Positions 62,605 to 64,000 of a DNA stretch of 64,000 bases are shown piece by piece. Position numbers and translations under genes: made by a program. A model generated the notes under the pieces. That model had not been told where the DNA came from. It worked only from the letters and a program-made list of their open reading frames with translations, and searched no databases. The stretch's first letter is position 1. Every line of letters begins with the position of its first letter. Source of the stretch: Actinomycetota bacterium (GTDB lineage: Bacteria; Actinomycetota; Actinomycetes; Nanopelagicales; Nanopelagicaceae); the NCBI GenBank assembly GCA_009698845.1, contig WLPI01000001.1, forward strand, positions 6,012 to 70,011. Reading direction: 5' to 3'.

Positions 62605-63093
62605 TTAGCGGTAGTTAACAAACTGAACTGCAAACTCAAATTTGCCGTTCTTAATCTGCTCGATAGCCTCTTGGAGATCATCACGGCTCTTGGATGAGAC
62701 ACGGAGTTCATCTCCTTGGATCTGCGTCTTAATTGTTTTAGGACCCTCATCTTTAAGAAACTTGGCAATCTTCTTTGCATTCTCTGTTGTAATTCCCTCT
62801 TTGAGAGCGCATGCAATTTTATAAATCTTTCCTGATAGTTGTGGTTCTGCAGCATCAAGATGCTTCAATGAAACTCCACGTTTAATCATCTTATCTTTTA
62901 CAACATCAAGAGTCGCCTTTGCGCGTTCTTCTGTATCTGCTTCGATTGCAATCTTGTCGCCAGAAATCTCGATCTTTGCGCCGGTGTTCTTAAAGTCAAA
63001 GCGGGTATCGATCTCGCGAATAGCCTGGTTTATTGCGTTATCTAGCTCCATACGGTCGATTTTCGATACTACGTCAAAACTACTGTCAGCCAT
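62605..63093 (-). CDS. yajQ: YajQ family nucleotide/cyclic-di-GMP-binding protein
   Basis: SSFDVVSK, RFDFK, QIQGDELRVSSKSRDDLQ, QFVNYR. Confidence 0.95.
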   Translation of the reverse strand: MADSSFDVVSKIDRMELDNAINQAIREIDTRFDFKNTGAKIEISGDKIAIEADTEERAKATLDVVKDKMIKRGVSLKHLDAAEPQLSGKIYKIACALKEGITTENAKKIAKFLKDEGPKTIKTQIQGDELRVSSKSRDDLQEAIEQIKNGKFEFAVQFVNYR

Positions 63094-63187
63094 TGTTCTA
63101 AGGCCCTTCCTGATTTTTAAAGTTCAAGTGCCTAAGGTATCGTTTGCCGCTCGCACTACCAAAGCGCCGTAAGACTTGTACGACCCT

Positions 63188-63272
63188 GGCGGGTTGCCCG
63201 AGCGGCCAATGGGAGGGGACTGTAAATCCCCCGGCTCTGCCTTCGAAGGTTCAAATCCTTCACCCGCCACCA
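63188..63272 (+). tRNA. tRNA-Tyr (GTA)
   Basis: Acceptor stem GGCGGG/CCCGCC + A + CCA. Anticodon arm GGGGA-CTGTAAA-TCCCC, long variable arm, T arm GAAGG-TTCAAAT-CCTTC. Divergent from yajQ as in other actinobacteria. Confidence 0.97.
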
Positions 63273-63421
63273 GCAGTACTTGATTTCAAGTCGTTCAGTT
63301 CACTTCACTACTGCAATACACTCACATCATTGACTGACCCCAACCACCAGGTTGTCGCTCTCAGCTTCCATAACTACCTACGCGGTTGATAGTGAGAGTA
63401 ACGACTCTACGGGGGCATCAG

Positions 63422-64000
63422 GTGGGTTACTCCCAGAATGATTCTCACGATTTCTATCACGATGATCCCATTGAAGAGATTTCCAAGACTAAGTCACGCT
63501 TTAAATTTCTTACCACAGGTGCAATCATCCTGGGTTCGATCTTCTACTTTCAAAGCACACTTGCTGGCAATATCTCACTGAGCTCAGGTACTGGAATTGA
63601 ATTCGGTCAAGGCTTTTCTCAAGCCGTTGCCTGCTCAGGTAATACAGATCTAACTCTGACGCCGCGTTCAACCTTTATCAATGGTTCACCTGGAGCTCAC
63701 TACTTAAATTCTGTGACTGTCTCTGGTATTCCAGATAGTTGCTTTGGCGTTGACTTCACTATCAACGCCTATGGCAATACTGAAAATTCTCCCCTTGCAC
63801 TCTTTAACTCCACATCAACAGCGGCTGTTGTCTCTGACGAGGCTGGAACTTTCTCACGCGGAACTGGATCTAAAGGTATGACGGTAGCGAGCAGCACTGG
63901 AACATTCACAGTGACATTTACTACGCCCGTTGCGCAGTCATCTGAGGTCTTTAAGGTAACAATTCAAAGCGGTGCGCATACTCCTTTCTATGATGTTGGC
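63422..64000 (+). CDS. Secreted/membrane-anchored hypothetical protein, 3'-truncated by the window edge (absent from the ORF track)
   Basis: Frame open from GTG 63422 to the window end: MGYSQNDSHDFYHDDPIEEISKTKSRFKFLTTGAIILGSIFYFQSTLAGNISLSSGTGIEFGQGFSQAVACSG...SGIPDSCFGVDF... One hydrophobic segment and two Cys. Confidence 0.75.
   Translation, partial: MGYSQNDSHDFYHDDPIEEISKTKSRFKFLTTGAIILGSIFYFQSTLAGNISLSSGTGIEFGQGFSQAVACSGNTDLTLTPRSTFINGSPGAHYLNSVTVSGIPDSCFGVDFTINAYGNTENSPLALFNSTSTAAVVSDEAGTFSRGTGSKGMTVASSTGTFTVTFTTPVAQSSEVFKVTIQSGAHTPFYDVG

Noticed and set aside
63144-63389. 81-aa ORF spanning the tRNA
   Set aside because: It overlaps the complete tRNA-Tyr, so it is spurious.
1-64000. 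CRISPR arrays, IS elements/integrases, prophage, toxin-antitoxin or defence genes, known riboswitches (e.g. SAM before metZ)
   Set aside because: No regularly spaced repeats or mobility/defence motifs were seen. Intergenic gaps are mostly too short, and metZ appears leaderless. This is a by-eye check only.

Overview
Gene-dense, moderately low-GC (roughly mid-40s % by eye) core-genome region of a streamlined actinobacterium. Gene content and synteny fit freshwater acI / 'Ca. Nanopelagicales' (Planktophila-like); this taxonomy is inferred. Order: partial ctaB, metZ, an ABC-2 exporter, NlpC/P60-tilS-hpt-ftsH-folEPBK-panC-nadB-nadC-coaX-lysS-argA-clpC, radA-mutY, proC, two uncharacterised secreted proteins, an XPB helicase operon interrupted by an M20 peptidase, system II cytochrome c maturation, menaquinone genes (menA/E/B/C/D/F/G) with bioY, a complete nuoA-N operon, a polyprenyl synthase, rarD, yajQ, tRNA-Tyr(GTA), and an uncalled secreted-protein gene running off the right edge. 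I saw no mobile element, CRISPR array or defence system, and no clear-cut novel multi-gene system. The best leads are smaller: (1) an uncalled 46-50 aa lysine-rich sORF preceded by three tandem inverted repeats between menD and menF; (2) a probable ATT start codon for menA; (3) a clean deletion junction where the hem (heme synthesis) cluster normally sits; (4) local loss of disA, lsr2 and panD; (5) pervasive leaderless, back-to-back or overlapping -10 promoters, plus candidate SigR/SigH and PafBC-type promoters; (6) structured leaders before panC and before the last gene.
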